A stretch of DNA of 64,000 nt from Malacoraja senta (GCA_038087875.1 JAXLNO010000543.1:62001-126000), one strand, 5' to 3'. Counted from the first letter of the stretch, positions 15,001 to 28,756 are shown. Translations and numbers: made by a program. Notes: generated by a model from the letters alone, not told the origin.

Positions 15001-18000
15001 TTTTTGTGTGCTCAATTTTCGTCACTTTTCACGTGCTGAATTTTCGTCGCTTTCCGTGTCCTGTATTTTTCTTACTTTTCACATGCTGAATTTTCATCAC
15101 TTTTCGAATGCTGAATTTTCGTCGCTTTTCACGTTATGAAATTTCGTCGATTTATGCGATTGTGTCGTTTTTGTCGTTTTTCACGTCCTGAATTTTCATC
15201 GCTTTTGGCGTTTTGAATTTTCATCGCCTTTTGCGTCCTGAATTTTCGTCACTTTCCATGTGATGAATTTTCGTCGCATTTCGCGTGATGAATTTTCATC
15301 GCATTTCACGTCCTGATTGTCGCTTTATGCGTACTAAATTTTCGTTGCTTTTCGCGTCCTGAAATTTCGTCACATTTTGCGTCCTGAAATTCCGTCGCCT
15401 TTCGCGACCTGAAATTTCGTCACATTTTGCGTCTGGAAATTTTGTTGCTTTTCGCGAGCTGAATTTTCGTTGCTATGCGTGTGTCGAAATTTTGTCACTT
15501 TTCATGTCCTGAAATTTTGGCGCTTCATGCGTTCTGAACTTTTGTCACTTTTCATATCATGAATTTACATCGCTTTTGGCATTTTGAATTTCCGTTGCCT
15601 TTTGCATCCTGAATTTTCTTCGCTTTTCATGTGCTGAATTTTCGTCACATTTCGCGTGCTGAATTTTCGTTGCATTTCACGTCGCCAAGGTTTGTCAGTT
15701 TTTGTGTCCTGAAATTTCGCCGCTTTTAGTGTCTTGAATTTTTGTTACTTTTTGTGTGCTGAATTATCGTTGCTTTTCGTGTGCTGACTTCTCGTCGCTT
15801 TTCATATCCTGAAATTTTGTCGCTTTTTGCATTCTGATTTTCGTCGATTTTCATATGCTAAAATTTCGGCGCTTTTCATGTGCTGAAATTTCGGCGCTTT
15901 TTGTATGCTGAATTATCATTGCTTTTTTTAGCTGAAATTTCATCGCTTTTCAGGTCCTAAGATTTCATCGATTTTTGTGTCCTATATTTTCATGGCTTTT
16001 CAGGTGCTGAAATTTCGTCGCTTTTTGAGTCCTGATTTTTTGTCTCTTTTCTCGTTCTGAATTTTCATCTTTTTTCGTGTCCTGAATTTTCGTCGCCTTT
16101 GTCATTTTGAAAATTTCGTTGCTTTTAGTGTCCTGAATTTTTCTTAATTTTCACATTGTGAATTTTCGTCACTTTTCGAATGCTGAATTTTCGGCACTTT
16201 TCGATTTATGAAATTTTGTCGCTTTATGCGTCCTGTGACTTTGTCGCTTTTCGTTTCCTGAACTTTCATCGCTTTTCGCGTTTTGAATTTTCATCGCATT
16301 TCGCCTCCTGAATTTTCGTTACTTTTAGTGTGCTGAATTTTCATCACTTTTCGTGTGCCGCACTTTTTTCGTTTTTCGAGGCCTGAAATTTTGTTACTTT
16401 TCATGTGCTGAATTTTCGTCGCATTTCGCGTGCTGAATTTTCGATGCATTTCACGTCCTGAAGGTTTGTCACTTTTTGCGTGCTGAATTTTTGGCGCTTT
16501 TCGCATGCTGATTTCTCGTCGCTTTTCGCGTTCTGAAATTTTGTTGCTATTTGCGTCCTGATTTTCGTCGATTTTCATGTGCTGAAATTTCGGCGCTTTT
16601 CATGCTTTGAAATTTCAGTGGTTTTTGTGCAGAATTTTTGTTACTTTTTGTGTGCTGAATTTTTGTAACTTTTTGTGTGCTGAATTTTCGTTGCTTTTCA
16701 CGTGCTGAATTTTCGTCGCTTTTCGTGTCCTGAATTTGTCTTACTTTTCACATGATGAATTCTCGTCGCTCTTCGCGTTATGAAATTTCGTTGCTTTATG
16801 CGTCCTGTGATTTTGTCGCTTTTCGCGTCCTGAATTTTCATCACTTTTGGCGTTTTAAATTTCCGTTGCATTTCGCATTCTTAATGTTCGTCAATTTTCA
16901 TGTGCTGAATTATCGTCACATTTCGCGTGCTGAATTTTAGTCGCATTCCACGTCGCCAAGGTTTGTCAGTTTTCGTGTCCTGAAATTTCGTCGCTTTTAG
17001 TGTCTTGAATTTTTGTTACTTTTTGTGTGCTGAATTTTCGTTGCTTTTTGCGTGCTGACATCTCGTCGCTTTTCTTATCCTGAAATGTTGTCGCTTTTTG
17101 CATTCTGATTTTCGTGGATTTTCATATGCTGAAATTTTGGCGCTTTTCATGTGCTGAAATTTCGGCGCTTTTTGTCTGCTGAATTATCATTGATTTTTTT
17201 AGTTGAAATTTCATCGTTTTTTTAGCTAAGATTTCATCGCTTTTTGAGACCTGTATTTTCATCGCTTTTCAGGTGCTGAAATTTCGTCGCTTTTTGCGTC
17301 CTGAATTTTTGTCCCTTTTCTCGTTCTGATATTTCGTCTATTTTCGGGTCCTGAATTTACGTCGCCTTTGGCATTTTGAATTTTCGTTGATATTCGTGTC
17401 CTGAATTTTTCTTAATTTTCACATGCTGAATTTTCGTCGCTTTTCGCATTATGAAATTTTATGCGTCCTGTGATTTCGTCGCTTTTCACTTCCTGAATTT
17501 TCATCGCATTTGGCGTTTTGAATTTTCATCGCATTTCGCGTCCTGAATTTTCATTACTTTTAATGTGCTGAATTTTTGTCACTTTTTGCGTGCTGCATTT
17601 TCGTCACTTTTCACGTCCTGAAATTTTATCGCATTTTGGGTCCTGAATTTTCATCGCATTTCGCGTCCTGAATTTTCATTACTTTTAATGTGCTGAATTT
17701 TTGTCATTTTTTGCATGCTGCATTTTCGTCACTTTTCACGTCCTGAAATTTTATCGCATTTTGGGTCCTGAATTTTCGTCGTATTTTGTGTGCTGAATTT
17801 TCGTCGCTTTTCGGGCCTGATTTTTCGGCGCTTTTCGCATGCTGAATTTTCGTTGCTTTTCGTGTGCTGAAATTTCGTCACTTTTCGCATCCTGAAATTT
17901 TGTAACATTTTACCTCCTGAAATTTTGTCGCTTTTTGTGTCCTCAAATGTTGTCACTTCATGCGTCCTGAACTTTTGTCGTTTTTCCCATCCTGAATTTA

Positions 18001-19438
18001 CGTTGGCATTTTAAATTTTCGTCACCTTTTGCGTCCTGAATATTCTTAACTTTTCATGTGTTGAATTTTCGTCGCATTTCAGTGCTGAATTTTCATCGCT
18101 TTTCGGGTCCTGATTTTTCGGCGCTTTTCGCATGCTGAATTTTCGTTGCTTTTCGTGTGCTGAAATTTCGTCACTTTTTGCATCCTGAAATTTCGTAACA
18201 TTTTACCTCCTGAAATGTTGTCGCTTTTTGTGTCCTGAATTTTTGCTAGTTTTTGTGTGCTGAATTTTTGTCACTTTTCGTGTGCCGCACTTTTTTTGTT
18301 TTTCGAGGCCTGAAATTTTGTCACTTTTCGCATCCTAAATTTCCATCGCTTTTGGCATTTTAAATTTCCGTTGCCTTTTGCGTCCTGAATTTTCATCACT
18401 TTTCATGAGCTGAATTTGCGTCGCATTTCGCGTGCTGAATTTTTGACGCATTTCACGTCCTGAAGGTTTGTCACTTTTCACGTGCTGAATTTTTGGCGCT
18501 TTTCGCATGCTGATTTCTCGTCGCTTTTCGCATCCTGAAATGTTGTCGCTATTTGCGTCCTGATTTTCGTCGATTTTCATGTGCTGAAATTTCGGCGCTT
18601 TTCATGTTTTGAAATTTCAGTGCTTTTTGTGTGCTGAATTGTTGTTTCTTTTTGTGTGCTGAATTTTTGTAACTTTTTGTGTGCTCAATTTTCGTCACTT
18701 TTCACGTGCTGAATTTTTGTCGCTTTCCGTGTCCTGAATTTTTCTTACTTTTCACATGCTGAATTTTCATCACTTTTCGAATGCTGAATTTTCGTCGCTT
18801 TTCACGTTATGAAATTTCGTCGATTTATGCGATTGTGTCGTTTTTGTCGTTTTTAACGTCCTGAATTTTCATCGCTTTTGGCGTTTTGAATTTTCGTCGC
18901 ATTTTGCGTCCTTAATTTTTGTCAATTTTCATGTGCTGAATTATCGTCGCATTTCGCGTGATGAATTTTCATCGCATTTCACGTCCTGAAGGTTTGTCGC
19001 TTTTTGCGTGGTGAATTTTCGTCGCTTTTCATGTGCTGAATTTTCGTCACATTTCGCGTGCTGAATTTTTGTCGCATTTCACATCGCCAAGGTCGGGATT
19101 ATGAATTTCCGTCGCTTTTCGCATCCTGAATTTTCTTCGCTTTTCATGTGCTGAATTTTCGTCACATTTCGCGTGCTGAATTTTCGTCGCATTTCACGTC
19201 ACCAAGATTTGTCAGTTTTCGCGTCCTGAAATTGCGTCGCTTTTAGTTTCTTGAATTTGTGTTACTTTTTGTGTGGTAAATTTTCGTTGCTTTTCGCGTG
19301 CTGACATCTCGGCGCTTTTCATGTCCTGATATTTTGTCGCATTTTGTATTCTGATTTTCGTCAATTTTCATATACTGAAATTTCGGCGCTTTTCATGTGC
19401 TGAAATTTCAGTGCTTTTTGTCTGCTGAATTATCATTG
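1..19438. repeat. 25-bp satellite array (consensus ~GTGCTGAATTTTCGTCGCTTTTCGC); higher-order repeats in the first ~10 kb, more diverged after that
   Basis: Continuous tandem 25-mers. The block starting at 1 recurs at 2750, 6350 and ~8653. The K/R/S-rich ORFs here are translations of the repeat. Confidence 0.97.
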
Positions 19439-21948
19439 ACAGTCACTGCTCAGCTAACCCAGAGTTCCTCTTGGTTAGATGCAGACCGTTCTATTTGCCC
19501 AGAGAGTTTACCTCCACTGTTGTGACTGCTGATCCTCCTGATGCTAATGCCAAGCTTGGAATGAAAGATCTGCAAACTGCCATTAGCAAACAACAGACTC
19601 ACAACCCCGAGGCAGCCTTCATTGTTGTGGGTGACTTCAATCACTCCAACCTGAAGACTGTACTCCCCAAATTCCACCAACATGTCTCCTTCGCCACTAG
19701 AGAAGACAAGACACTGGACAAAGTCTACACCAACATGGCTGAAGCTTACAAAGCTGTCCCCCTCCCCCACCTTGGACAGTCTGATCACCTCTCAGTGTTC
19801 CTGCTCCCAAAGTACTCCCCACTCATCAGACAGGTTAAACCCACAGTGAGGACAGTTAAAGTCTGGTCAGAGGAGGCGGACTCCACACTTCAGCAGTGTT
19901 TTGGAAACACTGACTGGAAGGCGTTTGCAGCCCAGGCCACCCTTGACTCCCACACGGACATTGACTCCTATACATCCTCTGTTCTGGACTTTATAAACTC
20001 CACCATCAACAGTGTCACCTCCCTCAAACGGGTGACCATATTCCCGAATCAGAAGCCATGGATGAACAGCGAGGTCAGGCTACTGCTGAAAGCACGGGAC
20101 ACAGCTTTCAGGTCAGGCGATGCCCGAGCCTACAGTTCATCCGGGGCTAACCTGAAGAGGGGCATAAAGAAGGCCAAGCACTGCAATAAGCTCCGGATTG
20201 AGGAGCACTTCAACAACAACTCCGACCCCTGGCGCATGTGGCAAGCCATCCAAGCCATCACGGACTTTAGACCCACCAACACCACCCCTACATCCAGCAA
20301 CGCCTCCTCCCTTGGGGAGCTTAACCACTTCTATGGCCGCTTTGATAGGGACAATCTAGAGATGGCCATCAAGGTGATGCTCCCTGCCGATCACCAGCCC
20401 TTCACACTCAACCCCTACGACGTGTACGTGGCACTGATTAGGACTAATGCACGTAAGGCTGCTGGACCTGACGGCATCCCCGGGCGCGTCCTCAGGGCCT
20501 GTGCTGCGCAGCTGACAGACGTCTGGACTGACATCTTCAACCTGTCACTTGCCCAAGCAGTTGTGCCCACATGCCTTAAATCCACCTCCATCGTGCCGGT
20601 GCCAAAACACTCCACTGCGGCAAACCTCAATGACTTCCGCCCAGTTGCACTTACTCCCATCATCGACAATGCTTCGAGAGGCTGGTCCTGGCACACCTCA
20701 AAGGCTGCCTACCCCCCACATTGGATCCCTATCAGTTTGTCTACCGCAAGAACAGGAGTACGGAGGATGCCATCTCAACGGCACTTCACTCCGCCCTCTC
20801 CCACCTCGACAACAGAGACACTTACGTAAGAATGCTGTTCATCGATTACAGCTCAGCATTCAACACCATCATACCCTCTAAACTGATCACCAAACTCGGT
20901 GACCTTGGAATCGACCCCTCCCTCTGCAACTGGATACTGGACTTTCTAACCAACAGACCCCAGTCTGTTAGGTTAGACAAGCACACCTCTTCAACCCTCA
21001 CCCTGAACACCGGCGTTCCACAGGGCTGTGTGCTGAGCCCCCTCCTCTACTCCCTCTTCACCTACGACTGCACACCTGTACATGGTACTAACACCATCAT
21101 CAAATATGCAGATGATACAACGGTGATTGGCCTCATCAGTAACAATGATGAGTCGGCCTATAGGGAGGAGGTCCAGCTCCTAGCAGCATGGTGCGCTGAC
21201 AACAACCTGGCCCTTAACTCCAAGAAGATGAAGGAGCTCATTGTAGACTTCAGGAAGACTAGGGGCGGCACGCACACCCCCATCCACATTAATGGGACGG
21301 AGGTGGAACGTGTTTCCAGCTTCAGGTTCCTGGGGGTCAACATCTCAGATGACCTCTCTTGGACCCACAATACCTCAACTCTGGTCAAGAAGGCTCACCA
21401 GCGTCTCTTCTTCCTGAGGAGACTAAAGAAGGTCCATCTGTCTCCTCAGATTCTGGTGAACTTCTACCGCTGCACCATCGAGAGCATCCTTACCAACTGC
21501 ATCACAGTATGGTATGGCAACTGCTCTGTCTACGACCGGAAAGCACTGCAGAAGGTGGTGAAAATTGCCCAACGCATCACCGGTTCCTCACTCCCCTCCA
21601 TTGAGTCTGTCCAAAGCAAGCGTTGTCTGCGAAGGGCGCTCAGCATCGCCAAGGACTGCTCTCACCCCAACCACAGACTGTTTACCCTCCTACCATCCGG
21701 GAGGCACTACAGGTCTCTCAGTTGTCGGACCAGCAAGTCCAGGAACAGCTTCTTCCCTGCGGCTGTTAGACTACTCAACACTGTACCTCGGTCCCCCCCC
21801 CGGACACTCCTCCCACCAGGATTTATTCGATTTATTTATTTCTCATATTTATGTCGCTCTTCTAGGGAGATGCTAACTGCATTTCGTTGTCTCTGTACTG
21901 TACACTGCACAAGGACAATAAAGTTGAATCTGAATCTGAATCTGAATC
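19439..21948 (+). mobile_element. Rex1/Babar-type LINE, 5'-truncated in the AP-endonuclease domain, one frameshift near 20660
   Basis: ORFs 19471-20829 (CRPFYLPREF, GDFN, SDH) and 20721-22091 ([15 protein letters not shown]). AATAAA at 21917 is followed by a (TGAATC)4 tail. ATCATTG flanks both ends (19432-19438, 21946-21952). Confidence 0.93.
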
Positions 21949-24900
21949 ATTGCTTTTTTGAGCTGAAATTTCATTGCTTTTCAGGTCCAAAGATTTCATC
22001 GCTTTTTGAGTCCTGTATTTTCATCGCTTTTCAGGTGCTGAAATTTCGTCGCTTTTTGCGTCCTGAATTGTTGTCCCTTTTCTCGTTCTGAATTTTCGTC
22101 TCTTTTCATGTCCTGAATTTACGTCGCCTTTGGCATTTTGAATTTTTCTTGCTTTTCGTGTCCTGAATTTTTCTTACTTTTCACATGCTGAATTTTCGTC
22201 ACTTTTCGAATGCTGAATTTTCGTCGCTTTTCTCGTTATTAAATTTCGTCGCTTTATGTGTCCTGTGATTTCGTCGCTTTTCGCTTCCTGAATTTTCATC
22301 ACTTTTGGCGTTTTGAATTTTCATCGCATTTCGCGTCATGAATTTCCGTTACTTTTAATGTGCTGAATTTTTCTCACTTTTTGCGTGCTGCATTTTCGTC
22401 ACTTTGCACGTCCTGAAATTTTGTCGCATTTTGCGTCCTGAATTTTCGTTGCTTTTCGTGTGCTGAAATTTCGTCAATTTTCGCGTTCTGAAATTTTGTA
22501 ACATTTTACGTCCTGAAATTTTGTCGCTCTTTGTGTCCTGAATTTTTGTTACTTTTTGTGTGCTGAATTTCCATCACTTTTCGTGTGCTGCACTTTTTTC
22601 GTTTTTCGAGGCCTGAAATTTTGTCACTTTTCGCATCCTAAATTTCCGTCGCTTTTGGCATTATATTTCCATATTTCATTATATTTCCGTCGCCTTTCGC
22701 GTCCTGAATTTTCGTCACTTTTCATGTGCTGAATTTTCGTCGCATTTCGCAGGCTGAATTTTCATCACATTTCACGTCCTGAAGGTTTGTCGCTTTTCAT
22801 GTGCTGAATTTTCGTCGCTTTTCTCGTCCTGAATTTTCGGCAGTTTTCGCGTGCTGACTTTTCGTTGCTTTTCGGGTGCTGACATTTTGTCGCTTCATGC
22901 ATCCTGAACTTTTGTCACTTTTCGCATCCTGAATTTACGTCGCTTCTGGCATTTATAATTTTCGTCGCATTTTCATCCTAAATTTTCTTCGCTTTTCATG
23001 TGCTGAATTTCCGTCGCATTTCACGTTCTGAAGGTTTGTCACTTTTCACATGCTGAATTTCCATCACTTTTCGCGTCCTGAATTTTCGGCGCTTTTCGCG
23101 TGCTGAATTTTCGTTGCTTTTCACACTCTGGAATTTTGTCACATTTTGCGTCCTGAAATTTCGTCGCTTTTTGCATCCTGATTTACGTCAATTTTCATGT
23201 GCTGAAACTTTGGAGCTTTTCATGGGCTGAAATTTCGGTGCTTTTCGTCTGCTGAAATGTCATCGCTTTCCAGGTCCTAAAATTTAATCGTTCGCGTCCT
23301 GAAATTACATCGCTTTTGGCATTTTGAATTTTCGTTGCTTTTCGTGTCCTGAATCTTTCTTTCTTTTCACATGCTGAATAATCGTCACTTTTCGAATGCT
23401 GAATTTTCGTCGTTTTTCGCGTTATGAAATTTCGTCACCTTTTGCGTCCTGAATTTTCGTCACTTTTCATGTGCTAAATTTTCGTTGCTTTTCGCGTGCT
23501 GCATTTTCCTCTCTTTTCACATCCTGAAATTTTGTCGCATTTTGCGTCCTGAATTTTCGTCGTTTTTCGCGTGCTGAAATTTCGTTGCTTTTCGTGTGCT
23601 GAAATTTCGTCTGCTTTCACGTTCTGAAATTTTGTCGCTTTTTGTGTCTTGATATGTTGTTGCTTCATGCGTTCTGAACTTTTTCGCTTTTCGCATCCTG
23701 AATTTACGTCACTTCTGGCGTTTTGAATTTTCAGCAACTTTCGCGTGCTGAATATTCATAACTGAATTTCATGTGCTGAATTTTCGGCGCTTTTCGCGTC
23801 CTGAATTTTCGTTGCTTTTTGTGTGCTGAAATTTCAGCACTTTTCCCGTCCTGACATTTCGTCGCTTTTAGTGTCCTGAAATGTTGTCGCTTCATGCGTC
23901 CTGAATTTTTGTCCCTTTTCTCGTCCTGAATTTTTGTCTCTTTTCGCGTCCTGAATTTAGTTTGCTTTTGGCATTTTGAATTTTCGTTGCTTTTCGTGTC
24001 CTGAATTTTACTTACTTTTCACATGCTGAATTTTCGTCACTTTTCGAATGGAAAATTTTCGGCGCTTTTTGCATTATGAAATTTCGTCGCTTTATGCGTG
24101 TTGTGATTTTCTCGCTTTTCCTGTCTTGAAATTTTGTCGCATTTCATAGCTTTTGGCGTTTTGAATTTTTGTCGCCTTTCGAGTCCTGAATTTTCATCAC
24201 TTTTCATGTGCTGAATTTTCGTCCCATTTCACGTGCTGAATTTTGGTCGCTTATCACATGCTGAATTTTCGTTGCTTTTCAGATGCCGAAATTTTGCCGC
24301 TTCATGCGTCCTGAACTTTTGTCACTTTTCGCATGTTGAATTTACGACGCTTTTGGCATTTTGAATTTTCGTCGCCATTCGCATCCTGAATTTCCTTCTC
24401 ATTTTATGTGCTGAATTTTTTGTCGCATTTCACGTCCCGATGGTTTGTCACTTTTCGCGTGCTGAATTTTCGTCGCTTTTCGTTTCCTGAATTTTTGGCG
24501 CTTTTTGCTATCTGAATTTTAGTTGCTTTTCACGCCCAAAAATTTTGTCGCATTTTGTGTCCTCAAATTTCCTCGCTTTTTGTGTCCTGAATTTTTGTTA
24601 CTTTTTATGTGCTGAATTTTCACTGCTTTTCGCATGCTGATTTCCCGTCGCTTTTCATGTCCTGATATTTTGTCGCTTTTTGCGTCCTGATTTTCGTCGA
24701 ATTTCATGTGCTGAAATTTCGGCGCTTATCATGGGCTGAAATTTCGGCGCTTTTATTCTGCTGAATTATCATTGCTTTTTTTGCTGAAATTTCATCGCTT
24801 TTCAGCTCCTAAGATTTCATCGCTTTTTGTGTCCTGTATTTTCATCGCATTTCAGGTGCTGAAATTTCGTCACTTTTTGCTTCCTGAATTTTTGTCGCTT

Positions 24901-26334
24901 TTCTCGTTCTGAATTTTTGTCCCTTTTCTCATCCTGAATTTTCGTCTCTTTTCGCGTCCTGAATTTACGTCGCTTTTGGCATTTTGAATTTTCGTTGCTT
25001 ATTGAGTCCTGAATTGTTCTTACTTTTCACATGCTGAATTTTCGTCACTTTTCGAATGCTGAATTTCCGTCACTTTTCGAATGCAGAATTCTCGGCGCTA
25101 TTCGCGTTACAAAATTTCGTCGCTTTATGCGCCCTGGGATTTCGTCGCTTTTTGCGTCCTGAATTTTGATCTCTTTTGGCGTTTTGAATTTTCGTCGCCT
25201 TTCGCGTCCTGAATTTTCATCATTTTTCATGTGCTGAATTTTCGTTGCTTTTCGCGTGCTGCATTTCGTCACTTTTCCTGTCTTGAAATTTTGTCGCATT
25301 TCATAGAACATAGAAACATAGAAAATAGGTGCAGGCGGAGGCCATTCGGCCCTTCGAGCCAGCACCTCCATTCATTGTGGTCATGGCTGATCATACCCTA
25401 TCCTCCACTCCCCCCTCTACTCCCCTCGTAGAAACATAGAAAATAGGTGCAGGAGGAGGCCATCGGCCCTTTGAGCCAGCACCGCCATGCATTGTGATCA
25501 TTGCTGATTGTCCCCTATCAATAACCCATGCCTGCCTTCTCCCCATATCCCTTGACTCCACTAGCTCCTAGAGCTCTATCTAACTCTCTCTTAAATCCAT
25601 CCAGTGAATTGGCCTCCACTGCCCTCTGTGGCAGGGAATTCCATAAATTCACAACTCTCTGGGTGAAAAAGTTTTTTCTCACATCAGTCTTAAATGACCT
25701 CCCCTTTATTCTAAGACTGTGTCCTGAATTTTCGGTGCTTTTTGCGTGCTGAATTTTCATTGCTTTTCGTGTGCTGAAATGTCATCACTTTTTGCGTCCT
25801 GAAACTTTGTAACATTTTGCATCCTGAGATTTCGTCGCATTGTTGTCGCTTTTCATGTGCTGAATTTTCTTCGCTTTTCATGTGGTGAATGTTCGTCGCA
25901 TTTCACGTCCTGAATGTTTGTACTTTTCGCGTGCTGAATTTTCGTCGCTTTTCGCGTCCTGAATTTTCGGTACTTTTCGCGTGCTGAAATTTTGTTGCAT
26001 TTTGCGACCAGATTTTCGTCGATTTTCATGTGCTGAAATATCGGCGCTTTTCATGGGCTGAAATTTCGGCGCTTTTCGTCTGCTGAATTATGATTGCTTT
26101 TTTGTGCTGATATTTCGTTGCTTTTTGCGTCCTGAATTTTTGTCCCTTTCCTCGTCCTGAATTTTCGTTTCTTTTCCGGTCCTGAATTTTTCTTACTTTT
26201 CACATGCTAAATATTTGTCACTTTTCAAATGCAGAATTTTCGTCGCTTTTCGCGTCCTCAATTTTCATCGCTTTTGGTGCTTTGAATTTTCGTCACGTTT
26301 CGTGTCCTGAATTTTCATCACTTTTCATGTGCTG
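21949..26334. repeat. 25-bp satellite, diverged monomers, same orientation as 1-19438
   Basis: The monomer resumes in register after the Rex1 tail. Confidence 0.95.
25302..25721 (-). mobile_element. CR1 3' fragment with a duplicated 3' terminus, inserted in the satellite
   Basis: Minus-strand ORF HSLRIKGRSFKTDVRKNFFTQRVVNLWNSLP. The CATAGAAA tail and 3'UTR occur twice (~25302 and ~25428). Confidence 0.9.
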
Positions 26335-27702
26335 ACAAAATCACAGGATGCATAAAGCGACGAAATTTCATAACGCGAAAATCGACGAAAATTTAGCATT
26401 CGAAAAGTGATGAAAATTCAGCATGTGAAAAGTAAGAAAAATTCAGGACACAAAAAGTTACGAACATTCAAAATGCCAAAAGCGACGTAAATTCAGGACG
26501 CGAAAAGAGACAAAAATACAGGATGAGAAAAGGGACAAAAATTCAGGACGCAAAAGGTGACGAATTTCAACACCTGAAAAGCGATAAAAATACAGGACGC
26601 AAAAACGACAAAAATCTTAGGACCCTGAAAAGCGATGATATTTCAGCACACAAAAAGCGCATTAAAATCGACGAAAATCAGGACGTAAATAGTGACAAAA
26701 TTTCAGGACGCGAAAAGCGACGAGAAATCAGCATGCGAAAAGCGCAGATAATTCAGGACATGAAAAGCGACGAAAATGCAGCACGCGAAAAGTGACAAAC
26801 CTTCAGGACGTGAAATGCGATGAAAATTCAGCACATGAAAAGCGAAGAAAATTCAGGATGCGGAAGGCAACGAAAATTCAAAATGCCAAAAGCAACGTAA
26901 ATTCAGGATGCGTAAAGTGACAAAAGTTCAGGACACATGAAGCGACAACATTTCAGCACCTGAAAACCAACGAAAAGTCAGCAGCGAAAAGCGCTGAAAA
27001 TTCAGGACGCGAAAAGCGATGTAAATTCAGCACACAAAATGCGACAAACTTGCAGGACGTGAAATGCGATGAAAATTCAACACGCGAAATGCGACGAAAA
27101 TTCAGCACATGGAAAGTGACGAAAATTAAGTACACGAAAGGCGACGAAAGTTCAAAATGCCAAAAGCGATGAAAATTCAGGACGTGAAAAGCGACGAAAT
27201 CACAGGACGCATAAAGCGACGAAATTTCATAATGCAAGAAGCTACGGAAATTCAGCATTCGAAAAATGACGAAAATTCAGCATGTGAAAAGTAAGTAATA
27301 TTAAGGACACAAAAAATTCAAAATGCCAAAAGCTACATAAATTCAGGACACAAAAAGCGACGAATCTCAGGACGAGCAAAGCGACAAAAATTCAGGACAC
27401 AAAAAGTGACGAAATTTCAGCACACGAAAAGCAACAAAAGTTCAGCACGCGAAAAGCGACAAACTTCAGGACGTGAAAAGCGTCGAAAATTCAGCACGCG
27501 TGAAACGACGAAAATTCAGGATACGAAAAGCATCAAAGGTTAAGGAAGCATGAAGCGACAAAATTTCAGGATACGAAAAATGACGAACCTTCAGGACGTG
27601 AAAAGTGATGAAAATTCAGCACGCGAAAGGCGACATAAATTCAAAATGCCAAAGGCGACATAAATTCAGGACATGAAATGCGACAAAATTACAGGACGCA
27701 TA
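26335..27702. repeat. Same 25-bp satellite in inverted orientation
   Basis: Monomers read GCGAAAAGCGACGAAAATTCAGCAC, the reverse complement of the upstream consensus. Confidence 0.95.
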
Positions 27703-27724
27703 ATGCTAGCTAGATGGCTACATA

Positions 27725-27947
27725 TAGGGGAGGGTGCCTAGAAATAGGAGTGGTTTAGGGAAGGGCACCTGTAAATGTGGATTTCTGGTAGGGCATGTAA
27801 ATGGGAGAGGGATTTAGGGGAGGGCACCTTTAAATGGTGAATTAGGAGGGCATCTGTAATTGGTGCATTAGTGGAGGGCACCTTTAAATGGTGATGTAGG
27901 GAAGGCATCTGTAAATTTAGGGTAGATTTAGGGGAGAGCACCTGTAA
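27725..27947. repeat. Degenerate GGGAGGGCACCTGTAAAT minisatellite (second copy ~30702-30924)
   Basis: About 7 recurrences of the ggga-gggcacct-taaat motif. Confidence 0.7.
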
Positions 27948-28231
27948 AGGAGCAATACAATATGAGCAACAACAACAACTGAAGCTTTACAACATCTGGT
28001 GTGTTGTTACACCAATCCACTTAACAATCTATAATTCTTTCCCCTTCATTCATTTATTCCCCCCTGTACCCAGGTACAGTGAAAAGCTTTAGTTGCGAGC
28101 TAACCAGTTAGCAGAAAGACAAAACATGATCACAATTGAGCCAGCTAGATGGCTACATCCTGTATAACAAGGTAGCTAGCTATATGGCTACAGACTGGAT
28201 AGCTAGCTACATACTGGTGTTTCATAGTTAC

Positions 28232-28622
28232 AAACAACTGAATTGGAAGAACAGCACCTCATATTTTGCTTGGGCAGCTTGCACCCCAGCGGTATGAAAA
28301 TTGCCTTCTCTAACCTCAAGTAACCCTTGCTTTCCCTCTCTCTGTTCCTCCCCCACTTTATTGTTCTGCTAGTTTCCATGTTTGTATCTCTTCCATGACC
28401 AACAATAGACCATTGTGGGCTCCACCTTTCCTGGGCCATCGTTTTGGCCTGATTTGTTCTGTACCTTCCCATACCTCTCGTTTCCCTTTCACCTGCCTCT
28501 CAGTCCGAAGAAGGTTCTCGAACCAAAACGTCACCTTTTCTCCAGATATGCTGCCTGCCCTGCTGGGTTTCTCCAGCTTTTGTGTCTATCTTCGGTGTAA
28601 ACCAGCATCTGCCGTTCCTTCC
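28232..28622 (+). mobile_element. Penelope-like element 3' fragment (second copy ~31202-31592)
   Basis: Encodes LEEQHLIFCLGSLHPSGMKIAFSNLK*, homologous to the C-terminus of the GIY-YIG fragment at ~48.4 kb. Confidence 0.7.
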
Positions 28623-28756
28623 TCGGTGCGGATTCGGTGGGCGGAAGGGTCTGTTTCCGCGCTGTATCTCGAAATTAAACTTAACCAATCAACATTGATG
28701 TCCAGCTCATTTATTTACATAATATACATAAATTGGCTTGGCACAAGAGTTTAAAT

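Noticed and set aside
151..18580. Dozens of K/R-rich or F/S-rich ORFs
   Set aside because: They are translations of the 25-bp satellite, with no splice or domain evidence.
1..27702. CRISPR-like array
   Set aside because: Contiguous monomers with no unique spacers, no cas genes, and a eukaryotic context.
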